Of a stretch of DNA of 42,128 nucleotides, positions 1 to 9,789 are shown one piece after another. A model generated the notes under the pieces. That model searched no databases and was not told the DNA's origin. It saw only the letters and a list, made by a program, of their open reading frames with translations. Numbering within the stretch: position 1 is the first letter of the stretch; every line of letters begins with the position of its first letter. Made by a program: the position numbers and the translations under genes. Origin of the DNA: Candidatus Firestoneibacteriota bacterium (lineage in GTDB: Bacteria; Oederibacteriota; D2-FULL-39-29; JBBTED01); NCBI GenBank assembly GCA_038042445.1, contig JBBTED010000006.1:1-42128 (forward strand), given 5' to 3'.

Positions 1-78
1 AAAATCAAAAAAGAAGCAGATGTAATACTGCCGGGGCATGACCCTATTGTTTTTAAAAAATATCGAGAGGGAATATAA
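1..78 (+). CDS. 3' end of an MBL-fold metallo-hydrolase (AHL-lactonase-like), partial
   Basis: Frame 1 reads KIKKEADVILPGHDPIVFKKYREGI*. The (V/I)xPGHDP motif is typical of MBL-fold/AHL-lactonase C-termini. Not in the ORF track. Confidence 0.7.
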   Translation, partial: KIKKEADVILPGHDPIVFKKYREGI

Positions 79-94
79 AATTAAAAACTTCAGT

Positions 95-128
95 TCCCCC
101 TTTGAAAAAGGGGGATTAAGGGGGATTT
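95..128. repeat. GC-rich hairpin, REP-like (TCCCCCTTT-gaa-AAAGGGGGA-ttaagggggattt)
   Basis: Perfect 9-bp stem 95-103/107-115 plus a second GGGGG arm, in an intergenic spacer. Confidence 0.6.
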
Positions 129-136
129 TTAAAATT

Positions 137-883
137 ATGAAACTAAAAAATAAAGTAGCAGTAGTAACAGGCGCAGGTAGAGGTATAGGAAAAACTATAG
201 CTTTGGCATTAGCGAAAGAAGGTGCAAAGGTAGTAATAAATGATGTTAATTTTGAATTATCGCAAATGGTTGCTTCTGAAATTAAAAAGAAAAATAGAGA
301 AGCTATTGCTTTGCAGTCTGATGTTTCAAACAGTATAGAAGTTACTAATATGGTAGATGAAATTATAAAAAAATTCAAAAAAATAGACATACTGGTTAAT
401 AATGCTGGTATTATGCAATCAATATCCGTAGAGAAAATGACTGAAGAAAATTGGGATAAAATGATGGCGATAAATTTGAAAGGAGTATTTCTTTGCTCAA
501 AAGCAGTAATGAAATATATGAAAAAGCAAAAATCAGGCAAAATTATTAATATTTCTTCTTTAGCTGGAAAAAGTGGTGGTATTATGGTTGGAGCCAATTA
601 TTCTGCTTCTAAAGCTGGAGTTATAGCTTTTACTAAATCATTAGCAAGGGAACTTGCACCTTATAAAATCAATGTTAATGCAGTAGCACCGGGAACTGCA
701 GATACAGATATGGCTAAACTTTTTTCTGCAGAACAACGAAGAAAAATAATTGACGCAATACCGTTAGGCAGGTTTGCAAATCCTGAAGATATTGCTAATG
801 CAGTTGTATTTTTAGCAAGTAACCGAGCAGATTATATAACTGGAGCCACTTTAGATGTAAATGGTGGCTTACTTATGGATTAA
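137..883 (+). CDS. Classical SDR oxidoreductase (FabG-like)
   Basis: TGAGRGIG, NNAG, YSASK and NAVAPG motifs. Start moved from 38 to ATG 137 (MKLKNKVAVV) because the extension overlaps the previous gene and a repeat. Confidence 0.92.
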   Translation: MKLKNKVAVVTGAGRGIGKTIALALAKEGAKVVINDVNFELSQMVASEIKKKNREAIALQSDVSNSIEVTNMVDEIIKKFKKIDILVNNAGIMQSISVEKMTEENWDKMMAINLKGVFLCSKAVMKYMKKQKSGKIINISSLAGKSGGIMVGANYSASKAGVIAFTKSLARELAPYKINVNAVAPGTADTDMAKLFSAEQRRKIIDAIPLGRFANPEDIANAVVFLASNRADYITGATLDVNGGLLMD

Positions 884-903
884 TACAATTTCATTTTTTT
901 GTT

Positions 904-998
904 TGTCATGCCCGAGTGTATTAATCGGGCATCCAGAGTCTTGTTTTATCAATATTGTAAAGACAGTGGATTCCCGCTAAATGACTGCGGGAATGACA
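904..998. repeat. REPIN-like doublet, GTCAT type
   Basis: TGTCATGCCCGA-n-TCGGGCATCCA ... TGGATTCCCGC-n-GCGGGAATGACA: two internal hairpins arranged as an inverted pair. Confidence 0.75.
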
Positions 999-1015
999 CA
1001 AAGAGGAGTGTCAAA

Positions 1016-1768
1016 ATGAAATTAAAAAATAAAATAGCATTGGTAACAGGTGGTTCAAGAGGAATAGGTAGGACTATTGCTTTAGGATTAGCGAAAGAAG
1101 GCGCAAATGTAGTGGTTAATTATGTTAGCCATGATAAGAACGCTAATCAGGTTGTTAAGGAAATAAAAAAAATAGGAGGAAAAGCAATAGCTATTAAGGC
1201 AGATGTTTCAAAACAGGATGAAGTAATTCAAATGGTAGAAAAAGTAATTGATGAATTTAAAAGGATAGACATTTTGGTAAATAATGCTGGTATAGGACAT
1301 TTTAAATCTTTTTTTGAAATTACTGAAGACCTTTGGGATTGGGTGCTTAATGTAAATTTAAAAAGTGTATTTTTGGTTTCTCAGGCAGTGGCTAAAGTAA
1401 TGGCAAAACAAAAAGGAGGGAAAATTATAAATATAACTTCTATTTCCGGTGAAAAAGCTACACATCCTGATCAAACAGTTTATTGTACGTCTAAAGCAGG
1501 TGCTAATATGCTTACCAAAACAATGGCTTTAGCTTTATCTAAATACAATATAAATGTTAATGCTGTTTTACCTGGAACAATAGAAACTGATATAAATAGA
1601 GAAGGTTTATCCAAAAACGGAGTGAAACAACATATAATCAAAAATACTCCATTAAGAAGATTGGGTATACCTAAAGATGTTGTTGGAACAGTTGTATTAT
1701 TAGCATCTTCTGAATCTGACTGGATTACAGGCACACTAATACCTGTAGATGGCGGATTTATTATTTGA
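1016..1768 (+). CDS. Classical SDR oxidoreductase (glucose 1-dehydrogenase/FabG-like)
   Basis: TGGSRGIG, NNAG and YCTSK motifs. SD GAGGAG precedes ATG 1016. Confidence 0.92.
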   Translation: MKLKNKIALVTGGSRGIGRTIALGLAKEGANVVVNYVSHDKNANQVVKEIKKIGGKAIAIKADVSKQDEVIQMVEKVIDEFKRIDILVNNAGIGHFKSFFEITEDLWDWVLNVNLKSVFLVSQAVAKVMAKQKGGKIINITSISGEKATHPDQTVYCTSKAGANMLTKTMALALSKYNINVNAVLPGTIETDINREGLSKNGVKQHIIKNTPLRRLGIPKDVVGTVVLLASSESDWITGTLIPVDGGFII

Positions 1769-1772
1769 TAAG

Positions 1773-1798
1773 GTAGTGAATGGTCTTTAGACCATTCA
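1773..1798 (+). repeat. GTAG-type REP-like palindrome
   Basis: GTAG + TGAATGGTCT-tt-AGACCATTCA (10-bp stem). Confidence 0.7.
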
Positions 1799-1815
1799 TA
1801 GAAAGGAGAAAATGT

Positions 1816-2175
1816 ATGAAACATACAATTCATGAAAGTAAAATAAAAACAGTCCAATTGCCGGGTAGATTGCACAAAATGATAGTTAAACCAGAGAATA
1901 TGGGAACTAAAAGAATGTGTTTTGGAATAGCTGATTTTCCTGCACAGGCTCATGCACCTGCACATGTTCATAAAAAAGAAGAAGAAATTATTTACATTCT
2001 GACAGGTTCTGGGAAAATGTTTTTTGATGGCAAATCAGAACCAATAAAGCCGGGAACTTGCATTTTTATTCCGCCTAAAGTTGTTCATAGTATAAATAAT
2101 ACCAGTAAACAGGTTATGAAACTTGTATATGTATTTTCACCTCCTGTTGTGCAAGGTTCTTATGATAAAAAATGA
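1816..2175 (+). CDS. Cupin_2 domain protein
   Basis: HVHxxxEE and PPKVVH metal motifs. SD AGGAG precedes ATG 1816. Confidence 0.9.
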   Translation: MKHTIHESKIKTVQLPGRLHKMIVKPENMGTKRMCFGIADFPAQAHAPAHVHKKEEEIIYILTGSGKMFFDGKSEPIKPGTCIFIPPKVVHSINNTSKQVMKLVYVFSPPVVQGSYDKK

Positions 2176-2235
2176 AGTTCTCTGTCATAAAAAGCAGGAT
2201 TTTCTTGGCGATTCTATACTTGTAGATAAATATAT

Positions 2236-2265
2236 TTGACTTTTACTAAACTGTTTTGTTATAGT
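2236..2265 (+). promoter_or_regulatory. sigma70-type promoter for the DUF3307-RDD-leuS operon
   Basis: TTGACT-18 bp-TATAGT with extended TG at 2257-2258. Confidence 0.65.
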
Positions 2266-2271
2266 AGTAAT

Positions 2272-2982
2272 ATGTTTATCTTTTATAGATTGGTTTTAGC
2301 ACATTTTATTGCTGATTTCCCATTCCAGACCAATAAAATTTTTGCACTAAAAATAAAACGCAAATGGGGAGTTGTTTTACATGGATGTATTATAGGTTTT
2401 ACGAGTTTGATATTTTTACTGCCTTTTCTAAATCATCCAAAAACATGGTCACTTATTATACTTTTAACTATTGCACACACATTTCAAGATAAAAGCAAGG
2501 TTATCTATAATACCCAATTTGAAAGAGATAATTTTTGGACTTTTATCTTTGATGAATTTGTTCATTTGTTTATAATTATTTTAGTTGCATTTAATTTGAA
2601 TGGACTTACACCAAATATGAATTTGCCATGCTGGTTTAATTCTATATATACAAATGATAAACTAATAATTGCTGGAATATGGTATCTATTAGGAACTTAT
2701 ACGACTACTATTGCTATTAGTTATATTAAGAAAACTTTTAATAAAGAATATCGTATGGCTCCTTTTGAGATGCCGCCATTTGGTTTAAAATATTTAGGCA
2801 TATTAGAAAGAATTGCAATAATAACTTTAGTGTGGCTTAGTGGGTTTTATTATGTTCTAATATTGGGTGTAGTGATACCAAGTGTTTATTTGTGTATAAA
2901 GGGCAAATTAAAACCACTTGATTTACAATTATCCACATTAATCGCAATTGTAATAGGTTTTTTAATGCAACTTACGGTGTAA
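2272..2982 (+). CDS. DUF3307 family membrane protein
   Basis: LAHFIADFPFQT, HTFQD, FIFDEFVH and GILER motifs; multiple TM segments. Confidence 0.85.
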   Translation: MFIFYRLVLAHFIADFPFQTNKIFALKIKRKWGVVLHGCIIGFTSLIFLLPFLNHPKTWSLIILLTIAHTFQDKSKVIYNTQFERDNFWTFIFDEFVHLFIIILVAFNLNGLTPNMNLPCWFNSIYTNDKLIIAGIWYLLGTYTTTIAISYIKKTFNKEYRMAPFEMPPFGLKYLGILERIAIITLVWLSGFYYVLILGVVIPSVYLCIKGKLKPLDLQLSTLIAIVIGFLMQLTV

Positions 2983-2991
2983 ACATTAACT

Positions 2992-3531
2992 ATGTTTTGT
3001 ACAAAATGTGGTTCTAAAAATTCAGATGACTCAATTTTTTGTTTTCAATGTGGAGAGCAATTAAAAAAGCCAGATTCTACTTTAGAAAATTCTACTATCA
3101 TACAAAATTTACCACGACCAGCAGGATTTTGGATCCGTGTTATTGCATTTATATTAGATGGTGTTTTTATTTTTATCTTAGATATTATATTCAGCTATAG
3201 TTTTTTTGGTGAATTTCCTTTTTCAAATACCTGTCTATTGTTTAATTTTAACATTAATATACCAGCTATGATTTTAAATTCACTTTTAAAAACACTTTAT
3301 TATATTGGCTTAACAGGTTATTATGGGCAAACCTTTGGTAAGATGATTTTAAAATTAAAAATCTTAAATACCGATGGTACAGAAATAAGTTATGGCACTG
3401 CGTTTTTGCGTTACTGTGCATATATATTAAGTATTATCCCATTTTGTCTTGGATTTATTATTGTTGGATTTCGTTCTGATAAACGTGGTTTTCACGATAT
3501 TCTAGTTGGCACCAAAGTTATACATCTATAA
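2992..3531 (+). CDS. Zinc-ribbon + RDD family protein
   Basis: N-terminal CxxCG...FCxxCG, then AGFWIRxxAxxxD, GQTFGK and KRGFHD. Confidence 0.9.
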   Translation: MFCTKCGSKNSDDSIFCFQCGEQLKKPDSTLENSTIIQNLPRPAGFWIRVIAFILDGVFIFILDIIFSYSFFGEFPFSNTCLLFNFNINIPAMILNSLLKTLYYIGLTGYYGQTFGKMILKLKILNTDGTEISYGTAFLRYCAYILSIIPFCLGFIIVGFRSDKRGFHDILVGTKVIHL

Positions 3532-3533
3532 TT

Positions 3534-6017
3534 ATGTCCTATAATTTAAAAGAAATTGAAAAAAAATGGCAATCTGAATGGGAAAAAACTAAAATATTTT
3601 CCTCAACAGATTTTTCTGATAAAGCTAAATATTACGCTCTAATGATGTTTCCTTACCCATCAGGTAGCAGACTTCATATGGGACATGTTAGAAATTATGT
3701 AATTGGAGATGCTCTGTCACGGTATCAGAGAATGCGTGGATTTAATGTTTTACACCCAATGGGCTGGGATTCATTTGGTTTACCTGCAGAAAATGCAGCT
3801 ATCAAAGAAAATATCCATCCGGGAAACTGGACAAAAGAAAATATAAAAATAATGACTGAACAACTTAAAAATCTCGGCATAGGATATGATTGGGATAGAG
3901 AAATAACAACTTGTGAAGCTGAATATTATAAGTGGACACAATGGTTGTTTTTAAAATTATATAAAAAACAACTTGCATATAAAAAGAAAAGTACAGTGAA
4001 TTGGTGTCCGTCCTGTTCTACTGTATTGGCAAATGAACAAGTTGTAAATGGTATTTGCTGGCGATGCAAATCTGAAATTGTGCAAAAAGAACTGGAGCAA
4101 TGGTTTTTTAAAATCACTGAATATGCCCAGCGGTTACTTGATGATTTACAAGAACTTTCAAATTGGCCAGAAAAAGTAAAACTAATGCAGGAAAATTGGA
4201 TTGGAAAAAGCAAAGGTATTGAAATAAATTTTGTATTGGAAGATAAAAACATTTTAATACCTGTTTTTACTACACGTCCTGATACAATTTACGGTGTAAC
4301 ATTTCTTGCATTAGGTGTTGATCATCCTTTGATTAACGAAATTTTTTCTATAGAAAAAAATCCTGCAATACAAAAATTTAAAGAAGAAGTAAAATCCTTA
4401 ACTCTAACAATGAGAATTTCTGATCAATTTGAAAAAAAGGGGTTATTTATTAATAAGTATGCAATAAATCCTATTAATAAAGAAAGGGTGCCTATATTTT
4501 TAACTAATTACGTAGTGATGGAATATGGGACTGGTGCTGTTATGGGTGTTCCTGCACATGATCAACGTGATTTTGAATTTGTCAAAAAATACAATTTACC
4601 TATTAAAGTTGTAATTTGTCCTAAAGATAAAGCAATTAATGCAGATACTATGTTAGAAGCATACGTTGATACAGGTATACAAGTTAATTCTGACAAATTT
4701 TCTGGTTCTTCAAATGTAGACACAATCGAAAAAATTTCAGATTTTATAGAGGAAAAAGGAATAGGGAAACGAAAGATTAATTATAAGCTTCGTGATTGGT
4801 TAATTTCCAGACAAAGATACTGGGGTGCTCCAATTCCAATTATATATTGTCCTACCTGTGGAATATTTACTGTTCCTGAAGAGCAATTGCCTGTATTACT
4901 TCCTGAAAAAGTTGATTTTATGCCAGGTGCAATTTCACCATTAGCAAAAGTTTCAGAATTTGTAAATGTTAGCTGTCCTAAATGCCAAGGGCAGGCTAAA
5001 AGAGAAACTGACACAATGGATACTTTTGTTTGTTCTTCATGGTATTATTTACGTTTTACTACTCCAGATTCAAAAGATGTTCCATTTGACAATAAAATTG
5101 TAAATTACTGGATGCCTGTTGATCAATATATAGGTGGTGTTGAACATGCAATATTACATCTTTTATATGCACGATTTATAACAAAAGTGTTATATGATTT
5201 GAAATATCTTAATGTCCAAGAACCATTTAAAAATCTATTTACTCAAGGTATGGTATTAAAAGATGGTCAGGTTATGTCAAAGTCAAAAGGTAATACAGTT
5301 CCAGCAGATGATCTTATTGAAAAATACGGTGCAGATACTGTTCGAGGATTCATTTTATTTGCAGCACCGCCTGAGAAAGATTATGAATGGGATAATCATG
5401 GAATTGAAGGTGTATCCAGATTTATTAATAGAGTTATAAGAGTTGTGGAGAAATTTGCAGACTATCCTACTAAAATAGTTGATATTAATTGTCTACCGTC
5501 TAATGAAATCGCTAAAATACTTGTAAAAACATTACATAAAACCATAAAAAGAGTAACTGATGACATAGAAAAAGGATTTCATTTTAATACAGCAATAAGT
5601 TCTTTAATGGAATTTACAAATCATTTGTATTTAATTGAAAACCTATTAGATAGAGATTTAGGTGAAGAGCTAAATTCGTATATTAAGGAGTCATTGACAA
5701 CTTTTATTTTATTATTAGCACCATTTTGTCCGCATATTTCAGAAGAATTATGGAAGAAATTAGGTAAAACTGGTAGTATATTTAGACAAAACTGGCCAAA
5801 ATATGAAAATTCTTTGACAACTGATGCCCAGACTTTAATTGTAGTTCAAGTAAATGGAAAGCTTAAGCATAAATTATCTTTTTCAACAGGTGAAACGATT
5901 GAAATAATAAAAAATACTGTATTAAATGATATTAAAGTAAAATCACTAATTGATGGAAAAGAAATTAAAAATATAATAGTTGTTCCAGATAAATTAATAA
6001 ATATTGTAACAAATTAA
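3534..6017 (+). CDS. leuS: Leucyl-tRNA synthetase
   Basis: MFPYPSG, HMGH, TTRPDT editing domain, SRQRYWG and MSKSKGN; 827 aa. Confidence 0.98.
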   Translation: MSYNLKEIEKKWQSEWEKTKIFSSTDFSDKAKYYALMMFPYPSGSRLHMGHVRNYVIGDALSRYQRMRGFNVLHPMGWDSFGLPAENAAIKENIHPGNWTKENIKIMTEQLKNLGIGYDWDREITTCEAEYYKWTQWLFLKLYKKQLAYKKKSTVNWCPSCSTVLANEQVVNGICWRCKSEIVQKELEQWFFKITEYAQRLLDDLQELSNWPEKVKLMQENWIGKSKGIEINFVLEDKNILIPVFTTRPDTIYGVTFLALGVDHPLINEIFSIEKNPAIQKFKEEVKSLTLTMRISDQFEKKGLFINKYAINPINKERVPIFLTNYVVMEYGTGAVMGVPAHDQRDFEFVKKYNLPIKVVICPKDKAINADTMLEAYVDTGIQVNSDKFSGSSNVDTIEKISDFIEEKGIGKRKINYKLRDWLISRQRYWGAPIPIIYCPTCGIFTVPEEQLPVLLPEKVDFMPGAISPLAKVSEFVNVSCPKCQGQAKRETDTMDTFVCSSWYYLRFTTPDSKDVPFDNKIVNYWMPVDQYIGGVEHAILHLLYARFITKVLYDLKYLNVQEPFKNLFTQGMVLKDGQVMSKSKGNTVPADDLIEKYGADTVRGFILFAAPPEKDYEWDNHGIEGVSRFINRVIRVVEKFADYPTKIVDINCLPSNEIAKILVKTLHKTIKRVTDDIEKGFHFNTAISSLMEFTNHLYLIENLLDRDLGEELNSYIKESLTTFILLLAPFCPHISEELWKKLGKTGSIFRQNWPKYENSLTTDAQTLIVVQVNGKLKHKLSFSTGETIEIIKNTVLNDIKVKSLIDGKEIKNIIVVPDKLINIVTN

Positions 6018-6019
6018 AT

Positions 6020-6044
6020 GTAGCGGTTGGATTACCATCCAACC
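6020..6044 (+). repeat. GTAG-type REP-like palindrome
   Basis: GTAGc + GGTTGGAT-tacc-ATCCAACC. Confidence 0.7.
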
Positions 6045-6062
6045 AAAAGGAGGAAAAAAAGA

Positions 6063-6605
6063 ATGTTAAAGAAAATTTTTTTAGTTACTTTCATATTTTT
6101 AAGTCTACTTGCAGGATGTGGATATACAGGTAAATCTATATTGCCACCAACTATTAAAAAAGTTGCTATACCTACATTTGCAAACAAAACTTTGAAGTAT
6201 GGAATAGAAACACGTTTAACTCAGAGTGCAATACGAGAATTTTTAATTGATGGAAGATTAGAAATAGTATCTCCTGAAAAAGCAGATGCTATTATAGAAG
6301 GAACTATACGAAAATATTTTCTTGAGCCATTATTGTATGATGCAAATAATGTAGTAATTCAATATCGGCTTAAAATGGTTGTAGACATTTTATTTAAGGA
6401 TGTAAAGTCAAATAAAATAATATGGGAACAATCAGAAATTGGAGGAATTCCTGGAGGAAGTACTACATTTTATGTGTCATCTTCAGGTGTAAATGGTGTA
6501 AATCGGGTAAAAATTGATACTGAACAAGAAGCATTAGAAAGAGTTTATGAAAAAATTGCACGAGATATAGTAAATCGTGTTATTTATGGTTGGGAAAATC
6601 CATAA
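6063..6605 (+). CDS. lptE: LPS-assembly lipoprotein LptE
   Basis: Lipobox LAGC-GY; conserved leuS-lptE-holA synteny; SD AGGAGG before ATG 6063. Confidence 0.85.
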   Translation: MLKKIFLVTFIFLSLLAGCGYTGKSILPPTIKKVAIPTFANKTLKYGIETRLTQSAIREFLIDGRLEIVSPEKADAIIEGTIRKYFLEPLLYDANNVVIQYRLKMVVDILFKDVKSNKIIWEQSEIGGIPGGSTTFYVSSSGVNGVNRVKIDTEQEALERVYEKIARDIVNRVIYGWENP

Positions 6606-6637
6606 ATCATTCTACTAGTAATTCCCGCATATAAGTA

Positions 6638-6660
6638 ATAGGTCAGGCATCTTGCCTGAC
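6638..6660 (+). repeat. REP-like palindrome (ATAG variant of GTAG)
   Basis: ATAG + GTCAGGCA-tct-TGCCTGAC. Confidence 0.6.
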
Positions 6661-6678
6661 ATCACTCAGACTGACAAT

Positions 6679-7743
6679 ATGAAACCTACAAAATATTATA
6701 AAGATATAATTAATGCTATATCAAAAAAGTCCATAGACCCTGTATATTTTTTTTGGGGAGATGAAGACTTTCTTAAAGATGATGCAATTTCAAAAATTTC
6801 ACAAATACTTTTAGATAAAACATCTTGTCAGTTAAATTACATTGAACAATATGCCAGCGACTGTGATATTAAGTCATTAATTGAGAATGCACAAACATTT
6901 TCATTTATGGTTTCACGAAAAATTATTGTACTAAGAGATACGCATTTTTTAAACAAAAAGACTTTTGAAAAAGAAAGAGAATTAGTATTAACATATATAA
7001 AAAATCCGGTTAAAACTACCTGTTTTATTTTAGTTTTACCTAAATTTGATGAGAAAGGTAATATTATTAAAATAAATTTTGAAAAATCCGAGTTTTATAA
7101 ATTAATTTTAGAAAACACAGCGAGCATAAAATTTAATGGATTAAATGAAGCTGAATTGAATAATTGGATAGTACTTAATTTAAAACAGCAAGGTAAAGCA
7201 ATTACTAAAGAGGCCATAAAATTATTGCTGGATAAAGTGGGGAATGACTTAACGTCTATTATAAATGAATTGTCAAAACTTTCACTTTATGTTGGAGATA
7301 AAAGATTAATTGAACGTTCCGATATACTTGTATTAGTTAATGAAATCAATGAAGACACTGTTTTTAAATTAGCTGATGCAATAGGCTACAAAAAAAATGA
7401 CGATGCACTAAAAATACTTCAGAATCTATTGGATTCAAATGCAGAAATACTCCATATATTGGTTATGATTGCACGACATTTTCGTTTAATATGGAAAGCA
7501 AAATCATTGATTAAAACAGGAAAAAATGCAAATGAAGCATGTAATACTTTAAGAATTAATAAATATTTTCAAGAAAATTTTATCAAACAGCTTTCTCTAT
7601 TTCCTGAAACACGATTGCTTCAGGGTTTTAAATCTTTATTAACTGTTGATAGTAATATTAAAACTGGAAAAAGTTCTCCCAAATTATTACTAGAATTACT
7701 GATTTACAGTCTTGCTACTGATAACGTTTATACGTTTAGTTAA
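6679..7743 (+). CDS. holA: DNA polymerase III delta subunit
   Basis: PVYFFWGDEDFL, NELSKL, VFKLADAI and IKTG motifs; synteny. Start moved to ATG 6679. Confidence 0.93.
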   Translation: MKPTKYYKDIINAISKKSIDPVYFFWGDEDFLKDDAISKISQILLDKTSCQLNYIEQYASDCDIKSLIENAQTFSFMVSRKIIVLRDTHFLNKKTFEKERELVLTYIKNPVKTTCFILVLPKFDEKGNIIKINFEKSEFYKLILENTASIKFNGLNEAELNNWIVLNLKQQGKAITKEAIKLLLDKVGNDLTSIINELSKLSLYVGDKRLIERSDILVLVNEINEDTVFKLADAIGYKKNDDALKILQNLLDSNAEILHILVMIARHFRLIWKAKSLIKTGKNANEACNTLRINKYFQENFIKQLSLFPETRLLQGFKSLLTVDSNIKTGKSSPKLLLELLIYSLATDNVYTFS

Positions 7744-7968
7744 TCTGGATTTTTTACGTGCTACTGCATTAGGATGCAAAATTCCTTTATGTTTTAAGCG
7801 ATCTATTAAACTTATTGCATTTTTTAGTGCCAATTTGCCTTCTTCGACATTTTTAGCGTTATATACATGGTGTACTGCTGTTTTTAAAGCGGTACGATGT
7901 GATTTATTTCTTATTGCACGTCTATTGCTTTTTCGCATTGCACGAATTGCTGATTTTGTTACTGGCAA
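7696..7968 (-). CDS. rpsT: 30S ribosomal protein S20
   Basis: KSAIRAMR...KGILHPNAVARKKSRL. TTG start with SD GGGGGTG. Confidence 0.95.
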   Translation of the reverse strand: MPVTKSAIRAMRKSNRRAIRNKSHRTALKTAVHHVYNAKNVEEGKLALKNAISLIDRLKHKGILHPNAVARKKSRLTKRINVISSKTVNQ

Positions 7969-7996
7969 TTTTATACACCCCCTAATTAAAGTAAAG

Positions 7997-8025
7997 GTAG
8001 TCGCAGGCTTTAGCCTGCGTTTTTT
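7997..8025 (+). repeat. GTAG-type REP, possible + strand intrinsic terminator
   Basis: GTAGT-CGCAGGC-ttta-GCCTGCG followed by T6. 7992-8019 is identical to 12437-12464. Confidence 0.8.
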
Positions 8026-8047
8026 CCTTTAGTGTTTATTTTTTTTC

Positions 8048-8091
8048 TGTTATAATTTTTGTATTATATAAAATTATTCTAAATATGTAAA
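8048..8091. promoter_or_regulatory. Overlapping divergent promoters for rpsT (-) and murJ (+)
   Basis: Minus strand: TTTACA (8091-8086)-17 bp-TATAAT (8068-8063). Plus strand: TGnTATAAT (8048-8056). Confidence 0.55.
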
Positions 8092-8096
8092 GTAAA

Positions 8097-9701
8097 ATGC
8101 AAGAAAAACATTCAAAAGAACATATTATAAAATCTGTTGGGATATTTAGTTTTGCAACATCTATTAGTAGAATATTAGGATATATACGTGATGCAATAAA
8201 CGCAAGTTTGTTTGGTGCAGGATATGTCTCAGATGCATTTTTTGTTGCTTTTAGAATACCTAATTTGCTACGTGATTTACTTGGTGAAGGTGCTTTAAGT
8301 ATGGCATTTATACCAACATTTACAGAGTATCTTCAAAAAAAATCTAAAAATGAAACTTACGAGTTGGCAAGTATTATTTTTAATATATTAGTAATAATTT
8401 TTTCTATAATTGTTCTGCTGGGAATTTTATTATCTCCTATTATTGTGCGAATTATGGCACCAGGATTTACAATAGAAGCAATGAAATTAACCATATCTCT
8501 AACTCGTATAATCTTCCCATTTATAGCTTTTATGGGTTTTGCTGCATTATTTATGGGAATATTGAATTCATACCAGCATTTCACAATTCCAGCATTAGCA
8601 TCCGTATTTATGAATATTGTTATAATAATTTTTGGGATTTTTATCTGTCCTTTATTTGGAGAAAAACCTGAACAGCAAATTTTTGTTTGGACAATAGGAA
8701 CATTATTAGGAGGATTAGTGCAAGCACTGATACAAATCCCAATACTTTTTAAAAAGGGAATTAGATATATTCCTAAGTTAAACTTTATTTCTCCGGTAAA
8801 ACGAATTTTCAAATTAATGGTGCCTGCTATTTTTTCAAATTCAGTTAATCAAATAAATGTAGTTTTAGTTAATACAATAATGGCTTCATTTTTGGGTGAA
8901 GCGGCGATTACTTATTTATACTATGGAAACAGACTAATGCAGCTTCCACTGGGTATTTTTGGCGTAGCAATTGCAACTGCAGCATTTCCAACTATATCAA
9001 TGCATGCTGCAAATGCAGATATAGAAAAAATAAAAGAAACTGTATCATTTGCATTGCGAATGGTATTTTTTATAACTTTACCTGCAACAATAGGGTTAAT
9101 CGTATTAAGTTTGCCAATAAATACACTGCTTTTTAGATATGGTAGATTTACAGCTGAATCTGCAATTGCTACTGCTAATGCTTCAATTTACTATTCTATT
9201 GGATTATTTGCATTTGCAGGCTTAAAAGTAATAGTGCCTTCGTTTTATGCATTGCAAGATTCGAAAACACCTGTAAAAGTAGGTATTGCAGCTGTAATAA
9301 TAAACATTGTTTTAAGTGTATTTTTGATGGATTCATTAGGATATTGTGGGTTGGCATTATCAACATCAATTTCTGGGATACTGAATTTTTCAATATTATT
9401 TATAATGCTTAGAAATAAGCTAAATGGTTTAGATGAAAAACGTATATTCAAATCATTTGTTAGAACTTTTTTTGCAGCTATTTTTATGGGAGTATCGTGC
9501 TATTTTTTTGCAGATTACATAAAATCTATCCTAAATATAAATATATATATGTATAGAATACTTTATGTTTTTATATCTATCTTGTTTGGTATATTAGCTT
9601 TTTGTGGATTATCTTTTCTTCTAAAAGTGGAAGAAATACACAGTTTTTATCAATTCTTGAAAAAGAAATTTCTCCCATCAAAAGCAGATATTATTCAATA
9701 A
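8097..9701 (+). CDS. murJ: Lipid II flippase MurJ/MviN
   Basis: SRILGYIRD, DAFFVAFRIPNLLR, GEGA, RLMQLPLGIF and FYALQDSKTP; divergent from rpsT. Confidence 0.96.
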   Translation: MQEKHSKEHIIKSVGIFSFATSISRILGYIRDAINASLFGAGYVSDAFFVAFRIPNLLRDLLGEGALSMAFIPTFTEYLQKKSKNETYELASIIFNILVIIFSIIVLLGILLSPIIVRIMAPGFTIEAMKLTISLTRIIFPFIAFMGFAALFMGILNSYQHFTIPALASVFMNIVIIIFGIFICPLFGEKPEQQIFVWTIGTLLGGLVQALIQIPILFKKGIRYIPKLNFISPVKRIFKLMVPAIFSNSVNQINVVLVNTIMASFLGEAAITYLYYGNRLMQLPLGIFGVAIATAAFPTISMHAANADIEKIKETVSFALRMVFFITLPATIGLIVLSLPINTLLFRYGRFTAESAIATANASIYYSIGLFAFAGLKVIVPSFYALQDSKTPVKVGIAAVIINIVLSVFLMDSLGYCGLALSTSISGILNFSILFIMLRNKLNGLDEKRIFKSFVRTFFAAIFMGVSCYFFADYIKSILNINIYMYRILYVFISILFGILAFCGLSFLLKVEEIHSFYQFLKKKFLPSKADIIQ

Positions 9702-9715
9702 CAAATGGTTTTGTT

Positions 9716-9776
9716 ATGTAGAAGCCTCTTTAGAGGCGAATAAATAAAATTAATAGGTTTAGAGACCATTCTACAT
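9716..9776. repeat. Degenerate GTAG REPIN-like doublet
   Basis: ATGTAGAA-GCCTCT-tt-AGAGGC ... TTCTACAT outer inverted repeat; the second hairpin is decayed. Confidence 0.5.
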
Positions 9777-9789
9777 TAGAAAAAATGAA

